Shown: positions 13,470 through 26,803, counted from the first letter of the stretch. The stretch: 64,000 nt of DNA from Octopus sinensis (GCF_006345805.1 NC_043006.1:26102001-26166000); one strand, 5' to 3'. The notes: a model not told the origin generated them from the letters alone. Made by a program: numbers and translations.

Positions 13470-14629
13470 TAGAGATGGTATCAAAGAGGTCCCAGACTAG
13501 TTCTGTAGTGCATCAACAGATGACAGCATACAGTTGCATGCACATTGAAAGTTAGCAGTAGTCTTCATGAGGCAGTGTGCTGGGTGACATCACTGTGTTT
13601 ACTTTGCAAGTTGTGAAATTTGCGTCTTTGTAATCACATGGAAACTGTAGTCTGCAATTTTGTCATGGACTAGAAGTTGGAACAAAGAGCCAATGTGAAA
13701 TTTTGCATTAAACTTGGGAAGCCTGTGACAGAGTTATTGAGCATGCTTTTGCAAGCTTATAGCGATGACCCTGAGACAAAGCAGCAGTAGTCACAATGGA
13801 AGAGGCCTTCATCTCCACGACTGATGAAAGCATGACAGAACCACAGCTCAACCAAGAGCATGCTCATTGGTTTTTTTTTGACATCCATGGTATTGTGCGG
13901 TGAGCTGGCAGAAACGTTAGCATGCCGGGCGAAATGCTTGGAGGTATTTCGTCTGCCGTTACGTTCTGAGTTCAAATTCCGCCGAGGTCGATTTTGCCTT
14001 TCATCCTTTCGGGGTCGATTAAATAAGTACCAGTTACGCACTGGGGTCAATGTAATTGACTTAATCCGTTTGTCTGTCCTTGTTTGTCCCCTCTGTGTTT
14101 AGCCCCTTGTGGGTAGTAAAGAAATAGGTATTGTGCATTAAGAATTTGTCCCCCAAGGCCAGACCATCAATTGAGAGTTCTACTGCAATGTTTTGAAGCC
14201 TCTGTGGGAGGACATCCAGTGAAAGTGACCCAATCTGTGGAGCATGAAGAATTAGATTCTTTATAATGACAATGCATCCTGTCATTGAGCTCTCCTCACT
14301 CATGAGTTTCTCACCAGAACCAACATGGTATTGCTTCCATACCTACCCTATTCGCCAGATTTAGCATGTGCAGCCTTCCATCTCTTCCTCAAAATGAAAA
14401 TGCAGCTCAAAGGTCACCATTGTTGATATTCAGAGTGAATCTCAGAAGGTCCTTAACTTGCTTATGGAAAACGACCTCCAGGGCAGATTCCAAAGGTGAC
14501 AGGAATGCCAGGATAGGTGTATTGCTGCACAAGGTGACTATTTCGAAGAAGATGATGTTAAAACGTAGGTAAATAAATAATTTTTTATTAAACATGATTA
14601 GTCTGGGAACTTTTTGATACCACCTTGTA
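13470..14629 (+). mobile_element. mariner transposon relic
   Basis: TA-flanked TIRs (gagatggtatcaaagaggtcccagactag / agtctgggaactttttgataccaccttg); EQRANVKFCIKLGK, FFDIHGIVH, YNDNASCH, LPYSPDLA motifs. Confidence 0.88.
13899..14126 (+). mobile_element. SINE family B, full length, inside mariner
   Basis: 10-bp TSD ggtattgtgc (13889-13898 / 14127-14136); splits the FFDIHGIVH*EF coding segment. Confidence 0.92.
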
Positions 14630-14948
14630 AGTACCAAGCTTTAAAAAAATAACTACTGAGGTTGAATTATTTGAGCAAAAAAATATTCAAGGTGGTGCCC
14701 TAGCATGGTTACTGTCTAATGACTGACACAAGTAAAAGATAAAAGGATAAAGAGGAAGGGAGGTAGGTATAGAGAGAGTTAAGACGTGCACACATACCCT
14801 CGCTATAACCAGAGTCTGCCTGGCAGCTAAAATGTATTTCCCTTACTCATCTTCCAGTGCTTCCTATGGGAGAGAAGTGTGTATGAATGGATAATGGTAT
14901 CCTTACACTTAGTGATGCTGAGAAAAATGGCATGAAAGTGAAAGACTA

Positions 14949-15176
14949 TTAACCCTTTTGTTACTAACCCGACCAAAACCAGCTCTGGCTCTGTGGTAAA
15001 ATGTCTTGTTTTCATAAGTTTTGAATTAAAATATTCCACCAAGCCTTAGTCACAATTTACGTTCCTAACACTAGATTAATGATAATTAAGTTATTTTATT
15101 AAATTCTTTGTTATATTTAAAATAGTTGAAAGAAACACAGAGCATCTCAAAATAAATACAGTAACGAAAGGGTTAA
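14949..15176. mobile_element. piggyBac-type MITE (copy 2)
   Basis: TTAA at both ends, CCCTTT(T/C)GTTAC TIRs, same 220-bp length as copy 1. Confidence 0.85.
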
Positions 15177-15775
15177 ATGTGGAAAATGCAAAGGAGAAAG
15201 TGAGTCTTTCCTGCATTAACCCAACAGAGGGAGCTGCTATTCTAGCCAACAACACTCTCCTCCCTCCCTCATTCTCTCTCTCTATCTATCTCTCTCTCTC
15301 TCTTCATATGTCTCTCATGCTCTCTCTTTCTCTTTCTTAGTGTGTCTCTTATGTTCTCTCTTTCTTTCTCTTCATCTCTCTCTTTCTCCCATTATTTCAG
15401 AGAGGGAGAGAAAGTTTACCTCTACAATTCTATTCTAAATTTCTGTCTTTCTCTGATTTTTTTTTTGACAACAGTAGAGTGTGGTGTGAGGTAATATTTT
15501 GTAAAATAAAATAAATACTCTGAGATAGTGAATATCGTCTTGGAGGTGTTTATTTTGTAAATTCTGAACACATACACACACCTCACATTTAAATATAGAA
15601 GGTAGATAATCTTTGGCAACTAAGTCCACTTCTCAATTATATTAGTGACCTACTTTGATATTTAAATTTCCAATTATTCATTTGTTAATGCAGAACACAG
15701 ATTGCTACACCCATAAACATAGTTTGTACTAAGTATCATGTATTTTGAGTAGTAATCATTATATTTAAATACATA

Positions 15776-16009
15776 TAAGGCGGCGAGCTGGCAGAACCGT
15801 TAGCACACCGGGCGAAATGCGTAGCCGTATTTCGTCTGTCGTTATGTTCCGAGTTCAAATTCCGCCAAGGTCGACTTTGCCTTTCATCCTTTCGGGGTCG
15901 ATAAATTAATTACCAGTTACGCACTGGGGTCGATGTAATTGACTTAATCCCTTTGTCTGTCCTTGTTTATCCCCTCCGTGTTTAGCCCCTTGTGGGTAAT
16001 AAAGAAACA
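15776..16009 (+). mobile_element. SINE family B, full length
   Basis: 16-bp perfect TSD tatatttaaatacata (15760-15775 / 16010-16025). Confidence 0.92.
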
Positions 16010-17523
16010 TATATTTAAATACATACAAATGCCTCTTTACTCAAACAATTGTTTAATGCTCTTTATGTTGGGGTAACTTGCAGCATATGGAGAATGATCC
16101 CTACTTACCACACGGAGACACACTGATTAACTTGGAAGAAAATGCATAAGCCAGCAAAAGGATAGCCCACTAAAATATCCAGTCACCAAGCTTTCATTTA
16201 AAAAAGATAACCTAGTGCTTGATTTCAGACTGAAGTCTACTTGTGATATTTTCCATGTATAAGACAAGATGCAAGCAGTTTTTAGGCTCAAAATTTGAAA
16301 TTTTGTTTGGCACTTCTGTGCAATCAAACATAATATGACTAAATCATGTTTCAATGGTCATTATTCAAAGGCTCCACAACAGTTGCCTACCCATAGCTGA
16401 AGAATCAGTTATCTATCAAACCTATCCTACTAGCTGATATGCTAAAGCAAGGTCACAGTAAAAGCAATATTCAATGTAATAAAAGGCAAAGATAATAGAT
16501 CGCTCAATCAGTGAAACAAGATTAAAATGAGTACTGACACCAGATATAGATATGTAATATGACAGCAAGAAATGTAAACAGTAGCAGCTTTTCTGTACAC
16601 CTCTGGAAACAAGGCCAATAGAGACCTGTTGATATGTCATGAAGACTGCAGTGCTAAGCAAGCACTTGTCTGGAAAATACTGGGACTTTGTAGTTTTCCT
16701 TATCAAAAAATAATGAATTGATACTCTTATGGTTTATAATAAAAAATAAAACTGAAACTAGAAGTGAAAGAGGAAATTGTAAATTTCCATGAATTTTCAA
16801 ACATGAATGGCAGTCAGCAACTCTCCTTTGCAACACATGGGGCATTGGTGCAGAGACCATGAAAACAACACATTCATGCAGCTTTTGATTTGCATAAAAC
16901 ATTATTACCCAGCAAATTTTTGTTCATAAAAAAACCCTCATTCATAAACAAACACTCGGACTTTTCATACTAAATCATTCAAACTATATCATTGCACACA
17001 TATCATACAGATAGATGAAATAATATCCATTCGCTTTTGATTTGTAGAGATTTTACAGTGATTTATGATTTTTCTTCTTTTACTTCCAGTTTCCGTTTGT
17101 GATCATAAACCAAAAAATGTCAGTGAATTAACTCTAATAAATATTAAAGAAACGGTAGCAACAGGATTGTTTAACCTCATTCTCTTCAGAAAATTCACTA
17201 CACTAGAGATGTTCACATGCAAGTAATCCAAGATGGTTTCTTCTTTAGTAGTATGCATTAATTACTTTTTTTAATTGTAGAAGTACAACAAGCTTTAATT
17301 GTAACATGCCACTTTCACTTTATCAAACTAGCTATCTCTGTTTGGCAGCTACCCAAAAGGGTTCCTTTTTTTTTCTTTTTTTACACTGAGGAAAATATCT
17401 TTGCACAATTATTTTTGTTGTTACTGTTGTTCATCTTGGTGTTCAGAGGGGGGGGGGTATAATTGTGTTTTCTTTTTTTTTGTATCATTCTTCTTATTCA
17501 GTGTTTGAGTTAATATGGGAGGG

Positions 17524-17934
17524 GGATCTTTTCAGTTTTGAACGGCAGTTTTTAACATAATTTCTAGGTAACTAAAAAATTTTAAACTTCGTATACTGGT
17601 AGAATGTGTTTATAAAACATCTTTTTCTCTCGGCTTTATTGAGAAAATTCTATAGTTTGTAAGATATTTGTTGTTTTTTTTCTTCAATTTCTGCAATTTC
17701 AACCAATCAGTGATATCTATTGAGTTAAAAAGCATTCTGTGCCGTATGAATATGTCCCTCGTTTAAGAAACAGATTAGGTTTATTTACATTTGTGAAGAA
17801 AAAAAGATACCCTTCCCCCACCCCTAACCCTAAAAGAGATTGAAATGCAATAGATCGATTCTAGGGTCATAATTATGGGTGACAATTTCATATGACACCG
17901 CTAGAAAAAACTGCCGTTCAAACCAAAAAGATCC
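17524..17934. mobile_element. Merlin-type MITE copy 2
   Basis: GGATC...GATCC TIRs; 8-bp TSD tgggaggg (17516-17523 / 17935-17942). Confidence 0.9.
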
Positions 17935-18149
17935 TGGGAGGGTATTGGAGGAGAAAGATTTAGCTGTGATTTCCAGCAATTAATACAATTGCATAGATGC
18001 TACACTAGCAGGTGATTTTTTTGCTTGAGGGCCATATAAGTACAAGATTAAAAATGAAACTGGAATGTACAAAAATTAAGTTGGCTATGCTGAGTAAGCA
18101 AAACAAATAGGTAAATTCACAAAAATAAATTACTAAATGTAATATTTAT

Positions 18150-20194
18150 TGATTTCTGTTGTGGTTCCTAACATTCTGAGCACACCTACCATGGTGGTCA
18201 ACTTTTCCTTAAATTTCTCCATGGTCAATAAAATAACATACCAGATCTCTGACTTTTGGTTTGCTGTGACTGATACACTGATGTTGTTTTGCATTAAAAT
18301 GTTATAAACCTTTAAAAGTTGAATTTTTTGCAAATTTTAGCCAATCAGAAGCCTTTGTTATTGACATTTCAGAAGTAATAGCTGCTGTCTGTTTCCATAA
18401 CAAATTTCCCATTGTAAGTAAACCAGTATAATCCATGAGTTTCAATGGCAAGTAAATTTCCCATAGAAAGTAAATCAGTATAAACTTCCATCAATTTACC
18501 TCTGAATTTGCTATCAGATATCAATTCTCTGATCTCGGGGTCCAATGAAAATGCCTGCTTTCAGTTTTATGTCACTTTTCTCTGAACCAAATTTTACTTT
18601 TAGGTACGGGAAGCCACAACCATCATGTGTCATTGCTTTTATGAAGGTTTTCATGAGGCTGAGTTTGATGTGAAGGAAGGTCTTTTATGGATCTACCAGT
18701 GGCATATGCTGCACATTGTACCGACCAACTATGTACTCATCTCTTTTAAGCCAGTCTTTTACAGTGTAACGATTGCTGTCATTGCAGCTGTTCCAAATGC
18801 ACAAGAAGCACATATTTTTGGTATATCCCAACGGCAGTCCTAGGAGGAGGGAAATTACCTTTAAATCACCACAAATATTCCACTTGTGAACTGAGTAAAT
18901 AACTCTTTTCAGAAAGTGTTCCATCAATTCATAAGTTTCTTCCATACCGACATGACCCACAAGAATGGAAAGTTTTTCATTACCATTATGTGACATCATA
19001 GCTTTGAGGCTAACCTTACTCGAGTCTATAAACAATCTCCATTTGTTAGCCACATGCACGTGTCCTAGTTTTTGCATGAGTGCATTAATGTCAGTACAGA
19101 AACAAGCATTATTTTCTTGCTTGAAAAAGAAAAATAAGCCTTTATGGCAAGAATGGAAAATGGAAATTTTCGTATTTTACTGTAGGAGATTCCGTTGTTG
19201 TAGTTTGGATCCCAAAGCTTTTGCCCTCTCCTTTGACAATGCTAGGTCTCTTACTAGATCATTCAAATCTCCTTGATTAAACTAGCCTGGCTCATTTTTC
19301 TTAGAATCACCTACATACACTTCATCAGTAGGAGAGTCAGAGGATTCATCGTGTGACATGTCATAATTTTCAAGTAAAGCATGTGGGAGGGGAACTGGGA
19401 CAGGGTTCTCAAAGTCATGTGGGACTGGTTTTAGAGCTGACTTACAATCTGCATGCATAATTTTTGCTTTCATCTCTTTTGAGAAACCACTAATATTAGT
19501 CATGCAAAAGTAACAATCAGAGACATGATTGGTTGGATCATGCCATACCACTGGTACAGCAAAAGGCATTCCCTTCCTTTTTCCATTCAGCCACTGTGTA
19601 AGCCCTGAGTAACGCATGATGCAGCATATATGAGGTGCCCACCTCTTGTCTTGGTCCCCAACTTTACACCCAAAATAATATTTATCGGCAATTTTTAATT
19701 TGGTTGCAATGTTCCTCCACTGGTCATGTGGAGTAAATTTTCCACAGACATAACAAAATTTGTCTGGGTGATGCACACTGCCTCTCGTATTCATGATCTA
19801 ACACAATGAACATAGTTAAAACAGTAATCAGGCAGAGCGAGAGATACACATACCACACATGGCTGCAGTGTAAACGACACTGAGAGTTATCAAGAACAAA
19901 CTGACATATTTGGTGCTTTCACACAATTGCTAAAAATAAATAATGAATTTTCTCATCGTTGTTTGTTTTATTACTCTTATTTCTTTAATTTTGAATTAAG
20001 GACCACTTTCATTTTAACAAATTTTATAATACAGCTTATATCTAGCCGAAAGTGCAGTTATAATCTTGCGCATGCACATAACTAAAAATCCTGACATGTT
20101 AGAACAATTCTGAGTGTGGAATTGGAATCAGCATTCTCAATTTAGTCTAAAACACCTGCTTTTACCCCAGTAGCAAAATCTTTATTGTCCAGTG
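18150..20194 (-). mobile_element. Chapaev3-like (CMC) DNA transposon relic
   Basis: ORF 19282-19794 HPDKFCYVCG...GDQDKRWAPHICC...W..P.NH..DCYFC; ORF 18685-19077 WRLFIDSSK.SLKA..HNGN...ICGDLKVI.LLLG..GYTK..CFLC; later IFIGPEIREL; CACTG 5' terminus at 20194. Left boundary is uncertain. Confidence 0.75.
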
Positions 20195-20779
20195 TTATTA
20201 CATGTTTTTCTCTAACAAAATACACACAAATAGGAGGCTCAGGTATGAAATTGATCTTTTTTCTATTTCATTTATTACATATTTTTCTCTTATAAAAATA
20301 CACACATACAGGAGAAGTAAATTTATATATATAATAATAGTTTGAATGTGGCTCCTGAGAAACAGAAAAACTAATTACCCAATCAGCAACAGGTATTACT
20401 CCTCCTCCTCTCCTCTATCTTCTCTTCCCCTCTCACTCTCCCCACAACCCCCACTCTACCCCAACCCCCAACCGAACCCACACCCCACATGGGCTTTCCC
20501 CACTCTCTCCCCCCACCTCCCCACAACATCACACCACACTACACTACACCATATGACATTACACATCACATCACAACACACCACTCACAGCACACTGCCC
20601 ACACACCCATCCCCACATCTTTACACCTACACATACATACATATATCATATCACAACACACCACCCATACACCCATCCCCATATCTCCACACCCACACAT
20701 ACATACATACACATGTCCAGACCACCAGCCCTCTTTCACACGCACATACATACTCTCTTATACACACACGCACCTTCAT

Positions 20780-21080
20780 GTTGGGGCCACCTTCGTTTTG
20801 GAAGTCACTTGACCCTGTTATCTCCCCTACTATCCCTCTAGCGTCTAACGTCTGACCTCTGACCTCTAACCTCTGCCTGAAGTCAGAACGCCATGATAGA
20901 CCGTTAGCTCCTACACGCATTTTTTTCTCTCCTTGTTTCTTTTCTGTGTACCTTTCTGTCGAAGTGCATAGGCTCGAAACGTACAGGACTTGTTCTATTT
21001 CTATTCCTGAGCGGCATACTAATACATTTGTTTGTTTGTACTCCACCTGCCTTTGTCTTTTGTTTATTTTCGTAAACCTT
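20780..21080 (+). mobile_element. Probable Penelope-like terminal repeat with a degenerate hammerhead-like motif (20951-20990)
   Basis: CTGTCGA-A-GTGC-atag-GCTC-GAAACGTA; abuts (TA)n; family assignment is from recall only. Confidence 0.45.
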
Positions 21081-21084
21081 CCCG

Positions 21085-21142
<58 letters not shown>

Positions 21143-22430
21143 GTATACATGCGTACAGGATGTCACCAACAGTGCAAATAACATGAAATACGTAAACAAA
21201 TGAGGGAAAACGAGCAAAATATGCAAACAACAAGGAAAAAAATGGAAAACAGGACAAGTAAACACAGGGAAATGACCCTTCATCAGTTGTCGACTGTCTT
21301 TTACTCCTCATTTCAAGCATTCAACGACAAAATGAGTCTTCAAAGACAGTTGCTCCTACAAATTCTAAAACAAAATTTAGGATTTATGGAGGGTCAAAGT
21401 CGAGAACAAAAATATGACAGTGAAGACAAACAAGGAAAGCAAATGAAAACAAACGTGGTGGGTCATTAGACCAGAATGAGAGGAAAATAGTGAACACTGA
21501 GAGAAAAAATTTTTTTTTGAAAAGTGAAAATATTGAAGAGAGAGAAAAAAACACGTCTGCTTGTTTAAATGTATGTTCAGGAAAAGAAATACGGTTACAT
21601 GAGGAAAAGAAAGATAGACGATGGTCTTATTTATTTGAAGTTACTTTACATATATAAATATTCACAGACACATGTAAAAGAAATTGCAAATTAAAAAAAT
21701 TTATTTTGAAAAGTGAACAAAAATATTATTTGAAAATTTATAGTTGAGGAATTTATTTTTGTTTATTTTTGGAAATGAGTTTAACAATTTGCAATTACTT
21801 TTACATATAGAATTTCATAAGAAAAATTTCATTTTTTATTATACTACCTTCAAAAGTTAATCATGCTAATGAGAAATGAAAACAAGTCTATAAATAATGA
21901 CAATCAATAACATGCTTTTAAGTATTTATTTATTCGCTTTGCTTACTCAGGATAACAAAGTTTATTTTTTGTACATTCCTGGCTTCATTGTCTTTCATTT
22001 TCAATTCCACCCATATCATTCTAAAGTGAAAAACCAATCTCTGTTATGCTTTACACCAGAGGAGACTGCTGTTTCTCCCTAAAAAATTTTGAGGTATGCC
22101 AAAATATTAGAATAGCCAGGCAACTTCACAAGTATCATCTGATACTTTGGCGCAGCATAACTAAATAATTTTTAGATTTGAACTGATCAGTTTCTTGCTG
22201 AACGTCCTTGTGTCTCTTCTGATCTTTTGTTTTAAGAACACAAATGTGTGGAATTGAAAAATGAAAGAAAATGAAACTGGAAATGAACAAAAATATATTT
22301 GGTTACCAAGAGTAAATGAAATGAATAACTAAATGCTTAAAAGTGAGTTGTAGATTATGACAGATTTCTATTTTCATTTCTCAGCAGCTTTATTTAGTTA
22401 ACTTTACAAAAGTTACATCATAGAAAATAA

Positions 22431-22483
<53 letters not shown>

Positions 22484-24719
22484 AAAGATGAAAACACAAA
22501 GAGAAAACAACAACGCGAGGACGTGGAACAAGTATAGTATTATTGGACGCTATACACACACACACACAAGTAAAAATAATTGCAAATTAACAACTTAGTT
22601 TGAAATGTAAGCAAAAATATTATTTGAAAGTTTATGGAAGATAAATTTATAACTTTATGAATGGAATTGTACATCTGTCTGGTGACCAATGCCATCCTCT
22701 GGTTAAATTATGAAGGTTGCATCATAGAAAGAAAATATTTCTTATAAATCTCCCTTTTTGTATCTGGTCTGCAAGATCCTTTGTTACATATTAATGCAGA
22801 ATGACTCTCCCCAGGCACAACAAAATTTCTTGTCAGAAATTTTTTATCCTGCACTTTTTTCTTTATCTTTTAGTCAGTAGAAAAGGCAGTGCATTTGACC
22901 CATTAAAGTGCTGCCAAGTCGATGGGAGGGAAGGAGGAAGGTATCCTTAAACCAAAACTCTGGCTAGAATACTTGCAACAGAGTGAACTACACTAAAAAC
23001 AACCAAGTTATTTAATGGTGGTGTTAAACAGAGCCATGGATTAAGTCTACCACCAAACTAGGCCATGAAAGACTTTGAACTCAGACAAAAAGAGTCAAAA
23101 CAAATACAGTAAGATATCAAATTGGATGCTCTTACAGTTCTGCTAATCAACTACCTTGCATTGGTACTTTTTTTAATAACACTGAAAAGATGAATGGCAA
23201 AGTTGACCTCAAAGTGCAGAGAGTCAGAACAAATAACCACAAAGCATTCTGTTTGATACTCTAGTGACTCTGCTAATTTGCCACCTATGTGATTTCTGCC
23301 CAGAACTCAATGTCATAGAGAAGAAATTCAGCCAAGTGTCTCTGGTTGGAGCTGTGCCAGATAGTTTTAACTATGCCAGTTTGGTCCAGCTACACTCAGG
23401 TCAACTAACAATATTGAAATTCTAGAACTGTTGTAGTATTACCTTGAGTTCTTTGACTCTCTGTGTTGCTAACTAGGGACCAGCATGTAGCGTAGGACAT
23501 GCTAGGATTATCTTAAATGATTACTTCAGGGATTGACCAAGGTTGGGTTTCATCCCTGTTGATCAACTCAGCCCCAAATTACACAGTTGGGTGCTATTTT
23601 GAGCTGTTATGATTCCCATTAAAAGTCTATGCTTATTAGGAACAGGGGCTGAATGTCTCTAGTGCTCCCTTGACTTGAAGTCTCTTGGGCTCTGATGTCT
23701 GGTTGTGTTTTCCCAAATTGGACCTTTTGTGTCTCATTAAGGTTGACCAACTAATGGGTAATATGAAGCTAGTAGGTCGTTGTGCCTTCAGGACATATGA
23801 TGGTACTCCTTCATTGTTTGTCAGTGTTTTATTTATACTGTTTTTTCAATGAAAAAAAAAAATTAAAGTTATGCCTACCAATTTGGATTCACCATCATCA
23901 TGCACATTGTTATGATGTGTAAGCAGCAGCACTGTTCACACACCACATTGAAGGAACAGGAAAGAACATTTCTGAAATCACTTATAGAAGTAGCCAATTG
24001 CCTCTTCATTAGCAATGAACATGAATGGATCAAGATGTTGTTCCTAACAAGCAAACTCAAAGGCAAGGGAATGGGCTTCAATGAATCAGTGGGGGACAGA
24101 AAATACTGTTGAGGTGAACTTTAGTCCAATTATGTAAGGGTACAAAAAAAAGGCATTGCATTTTTCCACAACAGCAGCTGCTGTCTATGCATGCCTCCTC
24201 AGCACTTTTATGTCCCTGAAATTAAATATCACTGTGGTCCAGCTCCAATGAAGTCTTCAAATGTCACAAGGTTAAAAAAATGTTAAATTACCAACAAATT
24301 ATGGTATTTCAGTGTTTTATTCCATTCAGCTATAAATGCAGTAATGCTACCTCTGCTGAAGAAAATTATTCACACAACTGAAGCTTAATATTCATTATTC
24401 CAGCTAACATGCCTATAAGTCCCAAAATCGAAATAACACTGTTATTCCAATTATTTTACCTGTCAATGGAACCTTCATGCAGAAATATCTCCCACTCTAA
24501 TATTATTCAACTACGGTAGTAGTTGAATAATATTCTTAAGGCCACAATTCACTCACACACAGCATCTTCAGAGCTTGGTCACTAATTCGATTCTTAACCA
24601 AATTGAAAACTGTTAAGATTTTTGAAGAGGGCTGGTCCCAAGCTACATTTTGGCATTAAAAAAATTGAGATTTGGTCCAGTAGAAAAAAAGTTTACATCG
24701 AAATTTGTAGTAACATTTT

Positions 24720-25060
24720 AGGAGAGTAACACCTCCAATCAAATTTAGATCTAAATAACTTTCTTTATTTTAAAAGCAAAATATATTTATCTTAGCTTCA
24801 ATGATAGAAGAAAGCATGAGGAATTTCATAGTTTTGATCCCATGCAACAAAAATTTGTATCAAAAAAGTTGTGAGGTAAAATATGAAAAATATATTAGGC
24901 AAAACATTGGATTTAAGTATAATCAACTTTTTTATTTTAAAAACAAACTATATTTTAATTAAGCTTAAATGATAGAGTTCAATTCGAGGAATTTCATGAT
25001 ATCAATCTCATGCAATGAAGTTTTAAAAGAAAAAAGTTATGAGTGTTTGTTTCTCAAATT
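24720..25060. repeat. Two diverged ~170-bp tandem units (probable DNA-transposon subterminal repeats)
   Basis: aacttt..ttattttaaaa.caaa.tatattt..t.agctt.aatgataga....gaggaatttcat....atc.catgcaa recurs at about 24755 and 24925. Confidence 0.6.
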
Positions 25061-25746
25061 TGAGGGTGATAATATAGTTTTATACTTTTTTTAAAAATAT
25101 AGTTCTATAAGGGAACTTTTAATATATGTCACCGGCATCATTGAGGTAAGGAAAAGATTATCAATGACACCACTAATTTGTAGTTAATTTAATTACATCA
25201 TCTGTATTAATTAATGCAATTATATCATAAAAATGAAAAAAATTAAAATATTATTTAGAAATTTTGGCAATAATCTTACCATTTTGGCAATCTTTCATTT
25301 TAACTCAAAGGCATGTGCATGCAGCTCAGCTATTACCTTAGGGCATTCAATAAATTCCATAAAAAAATTTCATTTATTTATTTTTGTGAGTGGAAATGTA
25401 CATTCTGTTTGAAGTCAGCATAAAGTGAAAGAGAAAGGAAATGGACATGGACATGTGTGTGTGTATGGGGGGGGGGAGTGCGAGACAGAAAGGGTGTGTT
25501 GTATGGGTATGTGAGAGAGAGAGAAAGAGTGACAGCGTACATTTTTTCATTTATCTTGTCTTGCATCTTTTTTCAGTGAATGAGAGAGAGAGAGAGAGAG
25601 AGAGAAAGAGTGAGAGAAGGTGTGTGTTGCTGTATGTATGTGTGTGTGACAGAGAGAGAGAGAAAGAGAGAGTGTGTAATAGCGTAAATTTTACTTAGCT
25701 ACTTATACATACATGCAAAAAAAAGTTGTCATGAGTGACTGACTTT

Positions 25747-26178
25747 GGATCTTTTCAGTTTGAACGGCAGTTTTTAACATAATTTCTAGGTAACTAAAAA
25801 ATTTTAAACTTCGTATATTGGTAGAATGTGTTTACAAACCATCTTTTTCTCTTGGCTATATTGAGAAAATTCTATAGTTTGTAAGATATTTGTTGTTTTT
25901 TTTCTTCAATTTCTGCAATTTCAACCAACCACTGACATCTATTGAGGTAAAAAACATTCTGTGCCGTATGAATATGTCCCTCGTTTAAGAAACAGATTGG
26001 GTTTATTTACATTTGTGAAGAAAAAAAGATACCCTTCCCCGACCTCTAACACTAACCCTAACTAACCCTAACCCTAAAAGAGATTGAAATTTGATAGATC
26101 GATACTAGGGTCATAATTATGGGTGACAATTTCATGTGACACCGCTAGAAAAAACTGCCGTTCAAACTGAAAAGATCC
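25747..26178. mobile_element. Merlin-type MITE copy 3
   Basis: 8-bp TSD ctgacttt (25739-25746 / 26179-26186); internal (CCCTAA)n-like run at about 26047-26077. Confidence 0.9.
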
Positions 26179-26377
26179 CTGACTTTTTCTCTCTCCCTCA
26201 CATGCACACATATAAAAGATGTATGCATATGTATTTATGCATGAACATGTATATGACAAATAATGGGTGTACATATGTGTTTGTGTGTGTGCGACTGACC
26301 CTGGCCATTTTACATAGTCAATATCTCAGTCAATCACTCACACACTCACTGACTAAAAAAAGATGTGAGAAAAACTA

Positions 26378-26803
26378 GGATCTTTTCGGTTTGAACGGCA
26401 GTTTTTAACATAATTTCTAGGTAACTAAAAAATTTTTAACTTCGTATACATTCTGGTAGAATGTGTTTACAAACCATCTTTTTCTCTTGGCTTTATTGAG
26501 AAAATTCTATAGTTTGTAAGACATTTGTTGTTTTTTTTCTTCAATTTCTGCAATTTCAACCAATCACTGACATCTATTGAGGTAAAAAACATTCTGTGCC
26601 ATATGAATGTGTCCCTCGTTTAAGAAACAGATTGGGTTTATTTACATTTGCGAAGAAAAAAAAGATACCCTTCCCCCACCCCTAACCTAACCCTAACCCT
26701 AAAACAGATTGAAATGCAATAGATCGATACTAGGGTCATAATTATGGGTGACAATTTCATATGACACCGCTAGGAAAAACTGCCGTTCAAACCGAAAAGA
26801 TCC
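26378..26803. mobile_element. Merlin-type MITE copy 4
   Basis: TSD aaaaacta / caaaacta (7 of 8); same orientation as copy 3, about 200 bp away. Confidence 0.88.

Larger units (their letters stand above)
13415..14750 (+). mobile_element. Older SINE-A-like element split by the mariner insertion
   Basis: Left half ...ggcaaaagaggccagtagaaTA (to 13471) and right half TAagtaccaagc...ggtggtgccctagcatgg...gactgacacaagtaaaag (from 14628) rejoin into the SINE A consensus ccgatagaataagtactggg. Confidence 0.75.

Noticed and set aside
17303-17320. 16-bp atgccactttcacttt shared with about 48893 (IRF/Blimp-like motif on the reverse strand)
   Set aside because: Flanks are unrelated and two occurrences cannot be distinguished from chance or an old repeat
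21255-21290. Minus-strand CTGATGA-AGGG..CCCT
   Set aside because: A stem II is possible but the GAAA box and cleavage stem are absent
20346-21320. 169-210 aa ORFs (P/H/T-rich or YI-rich)
   Set aside because: Low-complexity C/A-rich repeat DNA and microsatellite read-through
26041-26080. (CCCTAA)n suggesting a telomere or chromosome fusion site
   Set aside because: Short run internal to a MITE and present in all copies of it
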